Shown in pieces: positions 21,297 through 30,348 of a DNA stretch of 64,000 nt (positions are counted from its first letter, which is position 1; every line of letters starts with the position of its first letter). The notes beneath the pieces were generated by a model that ran no database searches, had not been told where the DNA came from, and saw only the letters and a program-made list of their open reading frames with translations. The DNA is taken from NCBI GenBank assembly GCA_002898395.1, contig BEHE01000001.1:91182-155181 (forward strand), read 5' to 3'. The translations under genes were made by a program, and so were the position numbers. The stretch comes from Candidatus Calditenuaceae archaeon HR02 (lineage in GTDB: Archaea; Thermoproteota; Nitrososphaeria_A; Caldarchaeales; Calditenuaceae).

Positions 21297-22483
21297 GGCA
21301 TGACGACACCTCTAATCGGGCCGCCGCTACTCCAATTAATATTTACTTTATTCTCCACAGAATGTCCTTTTTCAAGCTCCAGTATGACTTCGCCACTAAC
21401 TCCCTGCTTCGCATCGAGATACATTAAATACTTGTTTTCTTTCGGTATGTTGTCATAGACTATTCGCCTCACCTCAAAGCCCGCCCTCACTGCTATAGGT
21501 TCAACAAACTCGGCCAGATCAATACGCTCGCCGTTCTTCTTGACAACACCTAGCACGACTACACACGCCTTATCCCATTTCAATACTCTAAAGATTTCCC
21601 GGAATACCTCATCCATGAAGACGGCGAATTTTTGGAGGGAGTTTGAGTGGAAGAGTCTCTCCGCTATTTTTCTATAGTCTTCTCCTAAGAACCATAGTCT
21701 TAGCCAGTTGTCCCAGGCATATGTCTGCATGTTAAGGTATGGTGGTGATGTGATGACGAAGTCAATTGACTCGTCCTCTATTGGGAGGCTTCTTGCGTCA
21801 CAGCTGTATGCCATGCCATCTACGAGATGGACATGAGACTGTAGGACCCTTCTCGCCTTCATTAGGAGACACTTAGGCAGGCTTCTAAGAGGCTTCTTCA
21901 GCCCTAAAATCCTCTTAGATCTGGCAACATATCCAGGAGACATGGAGAATGAGTGTGAACATTTTACAGATAGACTTAGGCTGCTTGAGCCGTGTAAAAT
22001 CCCTAGGATTAACGCCTTAATGAATATTCCAGTCCTCGTGTAGTCATCCATTAAGAGCTCCCGCGCAGCTAAAATCTGCCTTAAGGTCTTCTTATGATAG
22101 AATACCTGGACCTCCTCAGGGGCGTCAGCATCAACTCCTCTCTCCAGAAATTCTCTGTTTCTCGAAACCCACTCCTCTACCTGTCGATATGTGATTGGCT
22201 GGACCTTCGCATGTGTCAGCACATACGCCTCTGGAGCCAGATCGTTGCCCACACCTACCCGGCCAGTAGCGCAGGCTTCAAGCGGGGCAGTCCCCTTACC
22301 TGAGAAGGGATCCAAGACCACGTCGCCCGGACGGGAGTATTTTACGATATAGTAGTGGGCCATTGCCGGCGGGAAGGAGCCAGTCCTCGAGCATAGGCGG
22401 TGTAGTGGTGACCCCCACGCGTGTGGCGAATACTTCCAGCTCCCACTCAGCTCCCAGCTTGACACCTGTCTTAACTCCAGCAT
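21293..22483 (-). CDS. DNA methyltransferase (N4-cytosine or N6-adenine, amino-MTase)
   Basis: 396 aa. AdoMet motif X/I SFPPAMAHYYIVKYSRPGDVVLDPFSGKGT near the N-terminus. Catalytic motif IV DFVITSPPY about 175 aa later, which is alpha-like motif order. Confidence 0.8.
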   Translation of the reverse strand: MLELRQVSSWELSGSWKYSPHAWGSPLHRLCSRTGSFPPAMAHYYIVKYSRPGDVVLDPFSGKGTAPLEACATGRVGVGNDLAPEAYVLTHAKVQPITYRQVEEWVSRNREFLERGVDADAPEEVQVFYHKKTLRQILAARELLMDDYTRTGIFIKALILGILHGSSSLSLSVKCSHSFSMSPGYVARSKRILGLKKPLRSLPKCLLMKARRVLQSHVHLVDGMAYSCDARSLPIEDESIDFVITSPPYLNMQTYAWDNWLRLWFLGEDYRKIAERLFHSNSLQKFAVFMDEVFREIFRVLKWDKACVVVLGVVKKNGERIDLAEFVEPIAVRAGFEVRRIVYDNIPKENKYLMYLDAKQGVSGEVILELEKGHSVENKVNINWSSGGPIRGVVMP

Positions 22484-22621
22484 CTCGTGAGCGAAGCATA
22501 CCGCACACCAGTATCTTTAACCATTGAGACGATTTTGATGGAACAGACTACTATATTATATCCGAGTGTAATATACTGGGAGTGTCGCTAGCTTCTGAAT
22601 AGGAATTCTCTGCCTATTACT

Positions 22622-23206
22622 TCAGACTGCCTGCTTGAATATTGGGAGAATCCCTAGGTATTCCACATCTTCGAATATTCCACCCTCCAAGAGGATTGCA
22701 GCCTTCTTGTAGACCCGCCCTCCGGCCATAGCGACGAGTTTTTCTAATGCGGAGAGGGTCTCCCTCGTGCTCACTATGTCGTCTACTATTCCCACATTTT
22801 TGTCCTTGAGGTATGGAACGTAGCGTCCGTCTATACAGAGTTTTATCGGGGCCTTGCTAGTCACTGGTTTACACTCTGTGACTAGTGGGTTTACCATGAA
22901 TGGCTTTAACTCCTTTCTTGCCACTATGTATCTCTTGTGGTCTAGGATTTTGGCTATCTCGTGCACTAGGGGGATGCCCTTGCTCTCCGACGTGACCAAT
23001 ATTTCACATCCCCTGAGCCTCTCTGAGAGCTTCTCAGCGCATTTGGATATGAACTCCCTGTCACCCAGACTGTCGAAATAGGCTATCCAAGTGTCCGTGG
23101 CGACTTTGAGCAATGGAAGCCTACGTCTTATACCCTCAACCTCTATCTCGTAGTATTCCCTATTCTCGTAGGGGAGGATTACCTCTTTCACGCCTGATAG
23201 CGTCAA
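22622..23206 (-). CDS. phosphoribosyltransferase (type I PRT fold)
   Basis: 194 aa with PRPP-binding loop VGIVDDIVSTRETL. Substrate not assignable. Confidence 0.65.
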   Translation of the reverse strand: MTLSGVKEVILPYENREYYEIEVEGIRRRLPLLKVATDTWIAYFDSLGDREFISKCAEKLSERLRGCEILVTSESKGIPLVHEIAKILDHKRYIVARKELKPFMVNPLVTECKPVTSKAPIKLCIDGRYVPYLKDKNVGIVDDIVSTRETLSALEKLVAMAGGRVYKKAAILLEGGIFEDVEYLGILPIFKQAV

Positions 23207-23215
23207 TGCTCTGGA

Positions 23216-25315
23216 TTAAAAGTTTAGCACCCCCTCGTCGCGGTGCTGGATTCCGAGACTATGGGCTATATATCGGATTGTATGTCTTACCTTTAGCCCG
23301 GTGAATTGTCCGAGCTGCTGTGCACAGACGCTGCTCTCAGTCGCAATCTCCATGCATCCTGTTCCCAGTATGATCTCTGCGACTCGGCGGCCTATCTCCG
23401 CGCTTATGAGGAATCCTTCAACACCCCGCCTCATGCCCCAGGTTCCGGCAATACCGCAGCAGCCGTAATCGACGGTAGCCACGTTCAGCCCTATTCTCTT
23501 CAGGAGGTCTTCAGACGGCCTGCCGGGTGATAGGAGTCTCGAGTGGCATGGGTGGTGGTAGAAGACGTAGGTGTTGGGGGACTGTTCGGTGTTAGGTGAC
23601 AGGGACTTGGCTTCAGTAGCTATGAGGTTGGTGAGCTCCCACGTAGACTCTGAAACCCGCTGTGAGGAGGGCGTGTTTAGTATCTTTGGATAAGCTTCAC
23701 GGAGACAGTAAGCGGCTGTGGGCTCTGAGCAAACGATCCTCACTCCAGCCTCGGCATAGCTCTTCAGCTTCTCGACGTTCTTTTCGGCGACTCTTTTAGC
23801 CTTTAAGAGGAAGCCATATTGTATGGACGGCATTCCCGAGCCATATGTTCTTGGCACAGCTACTGTGTATCCCAAAGCTTCTAGGACCCTAACCACCAGC
23901 AGTCCTATTCCCCAGTCTATGTAGGCGGCGAATGTATCTGGGAAGTACACGATATCGGCGTCTCTCCTCCTGAGATACTCCTCCCCTAGAACCTCGTATA
24001 GATTGCCGCCCCTGAACCTGTGCATCAGCCTCCGCCTATCTATGCCTAGTAGGCCCTCCATGAGCCTCCTTGACACCCTACTTCCTTGTAGCCAATTGAA
24101 GAGGCGTGGGAGGCGCGAGCCCAAAACAGCGTAAAACTCATACATTGTCAGCATCCTCTCTCGTAGAGTTTTTCCCGCCGATGCATGCTTAATCCAAGAT
24201 ATGGTTATGGGGATGTCTATCTGAACCGGACAGACGTGTAGGCATAGGCTACATGAGACACAGTACTTCGCTATCCCGGATGCGTCTTTGAGACTTTTTG
24301 TTATGGCCGTCCATGGAACTCCCATCGGTCCCGAGTATATGTCTCCGAAGACGTGGCCACCCAGTATGCGGTAAGTGGGGCAGATGTCTAGGCAGGCGGC
24401 ACACCTGATGCATCTGAGTGCATCCTTGAGCCATGGGTCCTGGCTCGCCTCCATGCGCCCATTATCCAGAAGCACCATGTGGTATTCCGGAGTCTTGACG
24501 TGTCTTGACATTCCGCGGGGACCTATAACTGTAATGTAGCTTGTCGTGTCTCTGCCCACTGCGCTGACGGGCAACACCCTCAACACATTAAAGGCGTCAT
24601 CCCAGGTCTCAACTATCTTCTCTATACCGGCGATGGAGACGAGTATTCTAGGCATCGCTGTGACAAGCCTCCCGTTCCCCTCGTTAGTTACTAGCACAAC
24701 CTGCCCCGTCTCGGCAACCACAACATTCGCACCCGTAATCCCCATCTCAGCTCTTTTGAAGTCGGACCAGAGGTCTTGTCGGAAAAACCGTGTGATGGCC
24801 TCCGGCTGGTGCGGAAGGTCGGCCCCCTTCTTCTCATTAACCAATCTCGCAATCTCCTCTCGGCTTAGGTGGACTGCTGGAGCGATGATGTGCGAAGGTC
24901 TCTGGCCGGCAAGTTGGACTATCCTCTCACCTAGGTCCGTTTCGATGACGTCGATTCCTCGGCTAAGCAGCGCGTTGTTAAGGTCTATCTCCTCGGTGGT
25001 CATGGACTTTGACTTGATTACACACTTGACCCCCCTGCTCTCGGCGAGACTAACTACGTATCTCCGGGCATCCTCTGCTGTTTTAGCAACATAGACGTTT
25101 CCACCCTCCCTCTTGACCGATTCGACGGTAAGCGCGACTAGCCTCTCAAGGTTCTCGACGGCCCTCCGCCTAGATTCAAAAATGCCTTCTAGGTATCTGT
25201 TCTGCAGCCGCGCTATTCCTTCTCTGCTTTTGAGATGCATGGTTAGCATGCTGCGCCAGCGAGTATCAATCTCCCATTTCTTCTCCAATGCGTCGACGAT
25301 TCTAGACCTGCTCAT
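23216..25315 (-). CDS. LutB-like iron-sulfur oxidoreductase fused to a LutA/GlpC-like CCG domain
   Basis: 699 aa. LUD/DUF162 domain, then two 4Fe-4S ferredoxin motifs (CIRCAACLDICP, CVSCSLCLHVCP), then a C-terminal Cys-rich CCG-type region (HHPCH.., DYGCCG). Confidence 0.7.
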   Translation of the reverse strand: MSRSRIVDALEKKWEIDTRWRSMLTMHLKSREGIARLQNRYLEGIFESRRRAVENLERLVALTVESVKREGGNVYVAKTAEDARRYVVSLAESRGVKCVIKSKSMTTEEIDLNNALLSRGIDVIETDLGERIVQLAGQRPSHIIAPAVHLSREEIARLVNEKKGADLPHQPEAITRFFRQDLWSDFKRAEMGITGANVVVAETGQVVLVTNEGNGRLVTAMPRILVSIAGIEKIVETWDDAFNVLRVLPVSAVGRDTTSYITVIGPRGMSRHVKTPEYHMVLLDNGRMEASQDPWLKDALRCIRCAACLDICPTYRILGGHVFGDIYSGPMGVPWTAITKSLKDASGIAKYCVSCSLCLHVCPVQIDIPITISWIKHASAGKTLRERMLTMYEFYAVLGSRLPRLFNWLQGSRVSRRLMEGLLGIDRRRLMHRFRGGNLYEVLGEEYLRRRDADIVYFPDTFAAYIDWGIGLLVVRVLEALGYTVAVPRTYGSGMPSIQYGFLLKAKRVAEKNVEKLKSYAEAGVRIVCSEPTAAYCLREAYPKILNTPSSQRVSESTWELTNLIATEAKSLSPNTEQSPNTYVFYHHPCHSRLLSPGRPSEDLLKRIGLNVATVDYGCCGIAGTWGMRRGVEGFLISAEIGRRVAEIILGTGCMEIATESSVCAQQLGQFTGLKVRHTIRYIAHSLGIQHRDEGVLNF

Positions 25316-25901
25316 CGAGCTCGATCCCCGCCACTATACAGCCGCATCCAACCGGGCCATGAACACCTATGATGGGTGTCAGCTCGATGTCTGAAGTGCT
25401 GCTGGGGCCTGATATTATGACTATCCCGCCGGGCCTGGTCTGCCGTATTACGGGAGTGAGCATCCAGTAGTCTTGGAGGATTTCTCCCTCCTCTAAGAGC
25501 GCGACAGAGTATTCGGGTATCAGTGATGCGAGGTTTGACGCCCAGTTGTCAAATATTACGAGACCCCCTGTCTCCTTTATTCCGGCGTTGGCGCGGAAGA
25601 CGCCCAGAGAACTGGTTCTAAGCTCTCCAATCTCAGTCTCCGCATCCCCTATCTCCAGAACCTTGCATCCACTCCTTCCCGTAAACTCGCCTCGAATCTT
25701 CTCTGACAGCCCTTTAGAAAGCCCACCTAAGATGATCCACCTCACACCCCAGCCCGAGGCCCAATCGGTCAACACCGATAATAGAGCTTCTATGCTCCGG
25801 ACATATGCGACTTGTAACCCATTCAACTTACACCTCTCCAAGAACTCCTTCACATCGGGTCTCACACCAGCCACTACTAACTCTCCCTCACGACCAACCA
25901 T
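25302..25901 (-). CDS. LutC-like LUD-domain protein
   Basis: 199 aa, LUD/DUF162-like (ANAGIKETGGLVIF.., SLIPEYSVALL). Overlaps the downstream LutB-like gene. Confidence 0.6.
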   Translation of the reverse strand: MVGREGELVVAGVRPDVKEFLERCKLNGLQVAYVRSIEALLSVLTDWASGWGVRWIILGGLSKGLSEKIRGEFTGRSGCKVLEIGDAETEIGELRTSSLGVFRANAGIKETGGLVIFDNWASNLASLIPEYSVALLEEGEILQDYWMLTPVIRQTRPGGIVIISGPSSTSDIELTPIIGVHGPVGCGCIVAGIELDEQV

Positions 25902-26105
25902 GCTAGATTAATATCGTTAATCTCTCTTTATTTATTTCCGGACGCTCTCAATCCGAGCGTTGTGTATGTCTGTGCTTTTATGCTCTCATACTTTGTTGCT
26001 TAATTCATTGGGTTATTGCCGTTTTCTGAGCCTTGTAGAGGCGATTTTCGAGGGCGGTTTTGCGGTTGGAGGTGCCTTTTATATAAATTTGATAGTGTTC
26101 GGATA

Positions 26106-26312
26106 GCGTCCGGATAAGCATCTTTGCATGTAATCTTGCTCGACCTGCTCTATATATTTAAAAAGGGTCGACTGATGTCCTTGAGGTCCTCTACGGCGCC
26201 CTAGGACGCCCCGCTACCTTTACTTTCGGGCTTTCCACCACATCTGAAAATACCTGAGACTAAACACTACAACCAAAGCCCGGCCTTTAAAAATACCAGC
26301 TTATCCGGGCAC
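26106..26312. mobile_element. MITE copy A (~205 bp, terminal inverted repeats GTCCGGATAAG / CTTATCCGG)
   Basis: gcgtccggataagc at 26107-26119 and cttatccgggcac at 26300-26312. The interior aligns by eye along its whole length with the reverse complement of 28974-29172 (shared blocks tctttg..taatctt..gctct.tata.ttaaaaaggg..ccttgag..ctctacgg..acaacca..). Confidence 0.7.
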
Positions 26313-26798
26313 TATCGATATCAGGAAGAGCTATGACTATATCTAGTAGACTTGGCCTGGAGTGGTGAAGCAATGTTCCAGTCTTATCATTGAGGCTCCT
26401 GACATAGCCCCTACACAGATACCTATTCCACACCCGATCATTACTATCCGTGTAATGCCTTTTACTCTAGACCCTACCACAATAACGCCTAGGATTGCAT
26501 AAGCCATTACGCACTCTAAACCATTTTAAAAACCCTAATCAGCTCATCCCTAAGCGAGTCGAGCATCCTGGACATGCGAACAGACTATATTATTATATCT
26601 ATTATATTCGATTATATTCGCTCATCTCGGCACTGTGAGGGATACTTGTGTACGGAACCACCTTGTGGCATGTGGCTTCCCTCAGTTAACTGAGGCACCC
26701 CCCTATCTATTACTATAAAGGTCCATGACGAATGGACCTTTATAGTATGGATGAAGTAAGTTAACATGATACCCCCGCAACATTACCAGAAAAACCAT

Positions 26799-27104
26799 CT
26801 TTTTCAACTCACATTTTTGGGATCAGACGCAGGTAGTGGATTTCAGCGACGCCATAGCCGCAATAATCTTTCAATTCCCTTTTTGGGATCAGACCAGAAC
26901 AAGAAGTAGAAACAAGCAACAACCCCGGCGAACTAGACATCTTTCAATTCCCTTTTTGGGATCAGAATAGCATAAACACCAAATGGCCGGAAATAAGCGC
27001 GAGGCTCTCCTTTCAATTCCCTTTTTGGGATCAGAAGGCGGAAAGGGTCAGGCGCCGTTAGGGGGAAGCCATATATGGTCTTTCAATTCCCTTTTTGGGA
27101 TCAG
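26799..27104 (-). CRISPR. CRISPR array with 5 repeats (one degenerate) and 4 spacers
   Basis: The 25-nt repeat ctttcaattccctttttgggatcag occurs at 26868-26892, 26941-26965, 27010-27034 and 27080-27104. A degenerate copy lies at 26799-26826. Spacers are 41, 48, 44 and 45 nt. The minus strand reads CTGATCCCAAAAAGGGAATTGAAAG, ending in the ATTGAAAG 5'-handle sequence typical of crenarchaeal repeats. Transcription is therefore leftward, with the leader at 27105 onward and the degenerate repeat at the trailer end. Confidence 0.9.
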
Positions 27105-27298
27105 TGCTGGGAGTTTTGGGTTTCTGGTTCGCTTTTGTGCGATTTTTTAGCCGTGGTTTGCGGCGAGTATAGTTAATTGTTGGGACTATTTAATGTTCAA
27201 CTACAACGCCGTTATACTGAATACTGTTCATAGTCCTGGGTAAATCTCTGACCCGCCTTGCTTATAACAAACCCTAGCCAGTTCCTATCCTAAGTAGG

Positions 27299-28834
27299 AT
27301 GGACAGCCAGAGCAAGAGGGGGCTTCTGGTTATCGCCCCGGTTGGAGACCCAACGGCATGGAGACTGGCCGAATACAGAATCGGGGGGAGGAAAGTCAAG
27401 AGCTGCTGCTCAGCAACAGCAATAGTAACAGCTAACACCGAGAAACACCAAAGAGAGAGCAAAACTATCAATATACGCGATAGACTCCCTACCCTGCACA
27501 CCACTAATACAGAACTGGAATCTAAGGCAGAACAGGATCCCGAGAAACGAACTAAAAGAAACGCTGGAGAGACTAATCACAGAAGAGCTTATGAACACGG
27601 CTAAACGCTCCAACATAACACTGGTGGAAAAACAGTCCGAAAATACGGTAAGGATAAACAACTGCGAAGTCGCGGTAGAAGCTCATATATCCCAGGAGGC
27701 GGGAGAATTCCCAATAAATCAAGAAAACCCACCAAAGCTAACGGCTGAGTTCACAGGTGACCCAACCGCAGTATTCTGGAAAATCATCCAAACGCAGTTA
27801 AACCAAGAACATCAAAACCAGAGAATAATCCTAGACCTAACACACGGAATAAACTACGTGCAATCCATGAGCATATACGCGCTGGAGATCCTAAAAACAA
27901 TAAAGAATCTAAGAGAAATAGAGATTAATAACTCCTCACCATACCCAGCCGGCATATACGAAACTGAAATATGCTTCATCAAAACCCAGAAGACAAGACC
28001 GCAAAAACTAATGATAGAACCAACCCTAAAAGTACTAGACATCACAGCAATAAGCAACATATGGGATCTAGCAAAAACCCTCTCAACCTACATGGTAACA
28101 AAAGAAGAGAACACAAACATAAGGAAGGCACTACATGAAATACGAAAAGACATGCCCCAGGGCATGCTGGATAACATGCGGCGAATAATCCTAGCCCTGT
28201 TTTACCTAAGCCAAGGAATAATAACGATAGGATACTATAATCTATGTAGGGTAGACGCCAGAGGGCTGGAAGAAAGTCGCGAAGAATACCTTAGGAGTAT
28301 AGAGGAGAATGAAATCCTATATGAGCGATCGAAGCAGAGCATAAGCTGGTGATAAACTACCAGAAGACTGTGGCATACGCCCACACACTACCAACAATAA
28401 CAACGGCAATATATAAGGAGCTGATAAAGATAACAAACATCCCAGCAAAAGTGAAGAGTGAGAAGATAACAGTAGATATGGGCGAGCTTATCAGAACCGT
28501 AGAGAAACTAAGCGAGAGAAACCCAATATACAGTGCGCACCTAACATCCCTAACCTACGAGAAGAAAGAAATACTCGATAAAGTGAAAGAGTTGGGCAAA
28601 ACCGAATTCAGCATGAGCAGAAGAGAAGACACGATAATAGTCCACTCACCTGACGGAACAAGGTTAAGCGAGCTAAGCCCAACCGAACGTAAACGTCACT
28701 TAATAGCCCACGCAGGAATAACATACGAACCCATAACGCACATCAAGATAAACCCACAGACAAAAACAATCAAATTAACAATAGAGCCTCAACAACTAAC
28801 AGAAGACCCACTAAAAACATGGCTCACTAGCTAA
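27299..28834 (+). pseudogene. csx1: csx1-family CARF-HEPN gene (Cas_DxTHG type), split over three frames
   Basis: ORF 27299..27604 starts GLLVIAPVGDPTAWRLAEYRIGG (Csx1-type CARF N-terminus) and then turns low-complexity. A second frame is open from 27429 with protein-like sequence and carries RIILDLTHGINYV (DxTHG). The third ORF (28349..28834, GTG overlapping the TGA) carries the HEPN Rx4H motif ERKRHLIAHAGI. Confidence 0.7.
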
Positions 28835-28924
28835 ATCTCCTCCACGATCAGCGACGTCATACGCTCAATCCATATGCTATGCATCGGATCATTATAAAAG
28901 AATCACTTTTACTGCATGTAGATT

Positions 28925-28953
28925 TGTCCGGATAATGGGATATATTTAAAGGC
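28925..28953. mobile_element. orphan terminal fragment of the TGTCCGGATAAG-TIR element
   Basis: tgtccggataatgggatatatttaaaggct is nearly identical to the reverse complement of 53459-53488. Confidence 0.6.
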
Positions 28954-28973
28954 TTAACGTCTCTTCCGTGGTA

Positions 28974-29172
28974 GTGTCCGGATAAGCTGCTATAATTTAA
29001 AGTCGGGGCCTGGTTGTAATAATATCGTTTCAGGTGTATCGGAGAGTCTTGAGGTCAAGGTACTGGGCATCCTGGGGCACCGTAGAGGGTCTCAAGGAAA
29101 TCATTACGGCCCTTTTTAATTATACAGAGCAAGCCAAGAAAGATTACTAACAAAGACGTCTTATCCGGACAC
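28974..29172. mobile_element. MITE copy B (~200 bp), inverted relative to copy A
   Basis: gtgtccggataagc at 28974-28987 and cttatccggacac at 29160-29172. The interior is the reverse complement of copy A. Confidence 0.7.
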
Positions 29173-29229
29173 CTATGTGGGGCCTACTCCTCTATTTAAG
29201 GCAAACACCTATACGCCCTAACGAAGGGC

Positions 29230-30348
29230 ACTATCCCAACCACGCCACCAGGCCCCACAACCACTATCACGCGCTAAGAAGCGCAGTCCGATACTCGTAT
29301 CTAGTTATTGGGCCTGAGCATGATTCACGAACGGTCTCCTATCCCTAAGCATCGCGTAGCAGCACCTCAACAACCTCCTAGCCAGCGCTACTATAGCCAC
29401 CTTCTTACCACGCCTAGCAGCAATCCTATGATAAGCCCTAGTGAAGTGCGTATCATACTTTACATGGACGTGGGCAGCCTCAACCATAATTCACCTAAGC
29501 CACCTAGACCCCTCCCTAGTTATCCCACCCCTCCTCATCCTTCCACCACTACTCCTCTCTGAAGGAACTAGGCCGGCATAGCTGCATAGATGATCAGCGT
29601 CAGGGAACCTAGCGATGTCACCGATCTCTGCCTTTATCATCAATGCCGAGTACAATCCAACGCCTGGTATAGTCATGAGAAGCCTAACATCCTCATCACT
29701 AGAGTATTCGCCTAGCTCCCTAGATACAAGACCTATCTCCTAGTTCAAACCCTCCAGCAACCTTAGGTACTGGCCTATAGAAGGTATGCCTAGAGACTCC
29801 AGCCAATCCAATCCACTCCTGGTGAATAGCTTGAAATCCCTAGGAACTTCTATGCCCTCTAGAGCTAGTGTAGCTATTATCCTGTTCTTCAGCCTAGTCC
29901 TGATCCTCACCAGGAAGGCCCTCCTCCTAACAAGCTCCCTAACCCTAGCAACATCACCCTCGGGTATGTAAGACATAGGCAAGGCTCCCAGCCTAGCTAG
30001 CTCAGCTAAACATTTAGAATCGCTCCTATCACTCTTAAGCCTGTTCTCAGCGATGAGCCTAGTCTTCCTGGGATGGGCAACCATTACGTTCAAACCCATA
30101 CCCCTAAGCCTACTGTACATAGGATAGACGTAGCTAGAAGACTCCATAGCTACTAGAGAGACATTTCTGCTAGAAAGGAACGGGTAGACCTCATCCCTAG
30201 GCATCCTCCTAGACTCCACTACGTTCCCGAACCAGTCAACCAACGTAGCGTCGCAGCATCTCTTATGAACGTCTAAACCGCAGACTAAGCCGCTCATGGC
30301 ATGCTCTGAGCGGCCCTTAGAGTTAAGCCTAACCCCACATCGCATCAC
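29230..30348 (-). mobile_element. IS110-family element, copy 1; its transposase carries two in-frame nonsense codons
   Basis: ORFs 29740..30348 (MSGLVCGLDVHK.., DEDD-type N-domain), 29491..29676 (MTIPGVGLYSALMIKAEIGDIARFP, HhH domain) and 29305..29487 are all in one frame. They are separated only by TAG (29740-29742) and TGA (29491-29493). The 5' end tgatgcgatgtgggg (30333-30347) is shared with copies at 57159 and 53255. The 3' boundary is approximate. Confidence 0.75.

Noticed and set aside
22520-22600. C-box-like motifs (TTGATGG here; TTGATGA near 17950 and 63810; ATGATGA at 40850) might mark further C/D box sRNAs.
   Set aside because: None has a CTGA D' or D box at the required 12-nt guide spacing or a second box pair. 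Only the 39328-39388 candidate has the full architecture.
26041-26070. A leader-like sequence (gcgattttcgagggcggttttgcgg) resembles part of the CRISPR leader at 27139-27167. It hints at a second, lost array.
   Set aside because: The similarity covers only about 30 nt at roughly 70% identity by eye, and no repeat copies lie next to it. That is not enough to call.
29491-29742. The in-frame TAG and TGA in the IS110 transposase might be programmed readthrough or recoding signals.
   Set aside because: The paralogous copy at 57159-58045 has ordinary sense codons (CGT, TGG) at the same positions, and TGA/TAG terminate many genes in this window. Simple nonsense mutations explain the data.
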